From the NCBI RefSeq assembly GCF_964194155.1, contig NC_135903.1:10974001-11038000 (forward strand): DNA of 64,000 nt. The letters are read 5' to 3'. Source of the DNA: Cetorhinus maximus. Taxonomy: Eukaryota. Shown here piece by piece: positions 61,237 through 64,000 of the stretch (position 1 is the first letter of the stretch; every line of letters begins with the position of its first letter). The position numbers were made by a program, and so were the translations under genes. The notes beneath the pieces are model-generated. The model was given only the letters and a program-made list of their open reading frames with translations. It searched no databases and was not told the origin of the DNA.

Positions 61237-64000
61237 ACAGCTGCAGTGCCTCGTGTCTCTGTATGTAAATATTATGTGTGTTATTTATGTTTTACAGGAC
61301 TGTCATAACATTTGACAAATAGTGTCTTTCCTCCTATTTTTCAATTTACCACGGTGGTATGTTTGTTTATTTCTCCATTTTCTTTGATTTTTTGTGTGAA
61401 TGTTTTTCTTCTTGCTTTCTTGATTTATTGCAAAATATGTCAGCAACACTATGGGTGCCATTGTGTGTAAGTTGTGTGTTGTTTATGTTCGTCTGTGTGA
61501 TAAATCATGCTCTTTGAGAATGATGTGCAAGTGATGATATTCAGGAATGAGGAAGGTTGTAATCCTCTCCCCAGAGTTGATTATTGCGGGCCATTTGTAG
61601 CAATAGATCAGAGGATAATATGAAAGCTATAGCTGGGGGTCTTAAATTACAGCATCCGTGATTACCAATTATGGATAGTTTTGTATGAATTCTTTAAAAC
61701 ACAACGCCTCATTGGAATAAAAACCTAGTAAAGGAGGCGCTTTGGGTGACCAGAAATGAATTGCGAAACCCAATTTTGAAAATGAGCGAAGACTAACAGA
61801 CTTCCACAACGCCTCGGTCCTTTTATTCTGCGGTTGGACGCCAGCCAGTCAAATTGAAGCCATTAATAGCAGCGTAACATTTAACACCGATCGTTAGTGC
61901 AAACCTTTATGTAGTAAAATTAGAATAATTCAGTGATTGGCATTAAATATTAATGGTTGCAGCAGGCAAGGAACATCAGTATTGAAACACGCGTGCCTTT
62001 CAAAATACCATTATCTGTCAGCTGAATAGCAATCTTTTTCTTATTGAGGGATACTTAATGGTCGTTTTTAATTATGATTATCTGAAGTGTTTTGAAGTGT
62101 TTGTTTTGATAATTACAGACGGCTTCGTTGGAATTATCTATTGTATGTCCTGTTAGCTCAACACAGATGAAAATCTCAAAATGTTTCTTAACCATTTAAT
62201 TATTTAATGTACAAGGCACAGACGTCAATGACAGACACTATTACTTGAGAACAAACTACAAGTAACATGGAACAAATTTGGAACTTGCTAATGGTGTAAT
62301 GCATTTTATCATAAATATGATGTATCTTCTTTGTTCTTTTGTATTTGACATTCATATATATGTTTCACATAGTCATATATATATGTTACATAAAGTAAAG
62401 GTAGGCAGTCATTGAATGGATTGACAAAGTCTATATGTTTTATAACAAATTGTGGCACATAATCTGTTTTCCTCAATCTCTGAATAATAGTTATGTGCTT
62501 GTAAATGAGGTGGAAAACAATGAAAACACAGAGTTGCTCTATGATTGGCAGGCCTTCGGGATGTCGATTTTCTTCATTTGCCAAAAAAAAAGGCTCCTGA
62601 GAAAAGAGAAAGGGGTAAGGCATTAGCAAATCGATATTAGAACACAATTGGATATTGCTTAGCTTCCATAGGAAAGATGTGTAAATTTCTTTGCAAGTCT
62701 GACCCTAGATTCAATTGAGGCTTTATTAATTGGTAACTCCCAGCACCAAAATGGAAAAATAATGTGACTCTGTGCCCTCAACACACATGAATCATGCTCA
62801 GTCGCTCTGCATTCGTTCAGAGGCGCTGATAGCAATGTGTATTTTATTTTAGAAATAATTTATACGATGGAAAGGCAAAATACGCTCTTACATTCTGAAA
62901 ATGTTAAGGCTTAATGGCTGTTTCTTCTATCCGTAGAATTTACAACCACTTCCTTACATACGATAACTATGCTTTAAAACAAGCCTGACAATGCCGCGCC
63001 GATCCACACAACGAAAAGCCCCTCCTAAAGGCTTTGTTCGTTCGACTCTCTTTAACGAGCGGTGGCGACTTCTTTAGAAAGCAACACATAAAGACTAGAG
63101 CTAATCTGTTTCAAAAATAGGAAAACTCCGAAAACACAGTATTCGAAACCGTGCCGAGATATTGAACAATATTTCGTATCTTATTATTTTCAGTTCTTGG
63201 AATTTTTATCAAAATGTCTGCTAATTTTTTTCTCCCACAGATCGCATTCCACTGCATGAAAAAAAACACAAAATTATGCAATCACGAAGGGAAATTGCTC
63301 AAGTTCTGTGATCTCTGGACTCTTTCCCCCTTAACTTTTTTTCCCTCTCTATCCATCAGTTGACAGAATTAACTTTGTGAACGAGTCTAAGATTTATTTA
63401 TGGTGTCTCATTTCATAATTGCTTTGCTCTCTCCCTTATCTACATCGTTCATTTGCGTTGATATCCTTCAAGCTTAACAGATATACTTTAAATGAAATCC
63501 TTTTAAAGGGATGATAATGTATTAAGGGTTGCAAGGAAACAACCCTACATACTCTCAGAATAGACGTTGCTCTTATAAGATGGCTATTTAATATACAGGT
63601 AATTACACTCCTCATAATAAATCATGTCCCTTCTCCCTGTTAATATATTTTGCTTGGCTGTATATGGCTATTTAAAATTGATGAAAAATTACGACTATTT
63701 TCAATGGGAACTGTACCACAGCCTATCTCACACTACGCAGAAGAGTGGGTGAGGATGTCAATGCATTTACATTTCCCAATATTTGAATAGTGATAGGAAA
63801 CAAAACTAAACATACAACCATTACAATTTATAAACAAATCGCTTCTTAAATAATAGTCAGGTGGTTAAATAATTTATACTTCGTTCATACATAGAATGAC
63901 AATATTGAAAGAAAAACTTAATGGAAAATTAATGGTAAGAATTAATGCAGCACGTGCGATAAGATCATGGGTCATAAATAAAACCCTACAAACATCCTAA

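Overview
Eukaryotic, AT-rich vertebrate DNA containing most of a HoxB cluster, with all genes on the + strand. In order: the end of HoxB10 exon 1 and its homeobox exon, mir-196, HoxB9, HoxB8, HoxB7, HoxB6, HoxB5, mir-10, HoxB4, then the non-coding region toward HoxB3. Each gene has two coding exons joined by a phase-1 GT-AG intron; all six complete gene models splice to a multiple of 3. An intact HoxB10 plus shark-type repeats suggests an elasmobranch (inference). Recognisable regulatory elements include two CTCF sites, two DR5 retinoic acid response elements, the Hoxb4 CR3 and intronic HB-1 elements, Cdx site clusters, highly conserved Hox5/Hox6/Hox7 promoter blocks, and miR-196 target sites in the HoxB8 and HoxB7 3' UTRs. 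The most unusual observations are: a fold-back repeat in the HoxB10 intron centred on a Penelope-type minimal hammerhead ribozyme; a fully paired miR-196 site with three G:U pairs; an unexplained hairpin near the HoxB6 distal promoter; chained ATGA stop-start uORFs upstream of HoxB8 and HoxB9; a stem-loop in the HoxB4 3' UTR; and tandem splice acceptors that change the hexapeptide-homeodomain linker. No database searches or folding programs were run; comparisons to other species are from memory.
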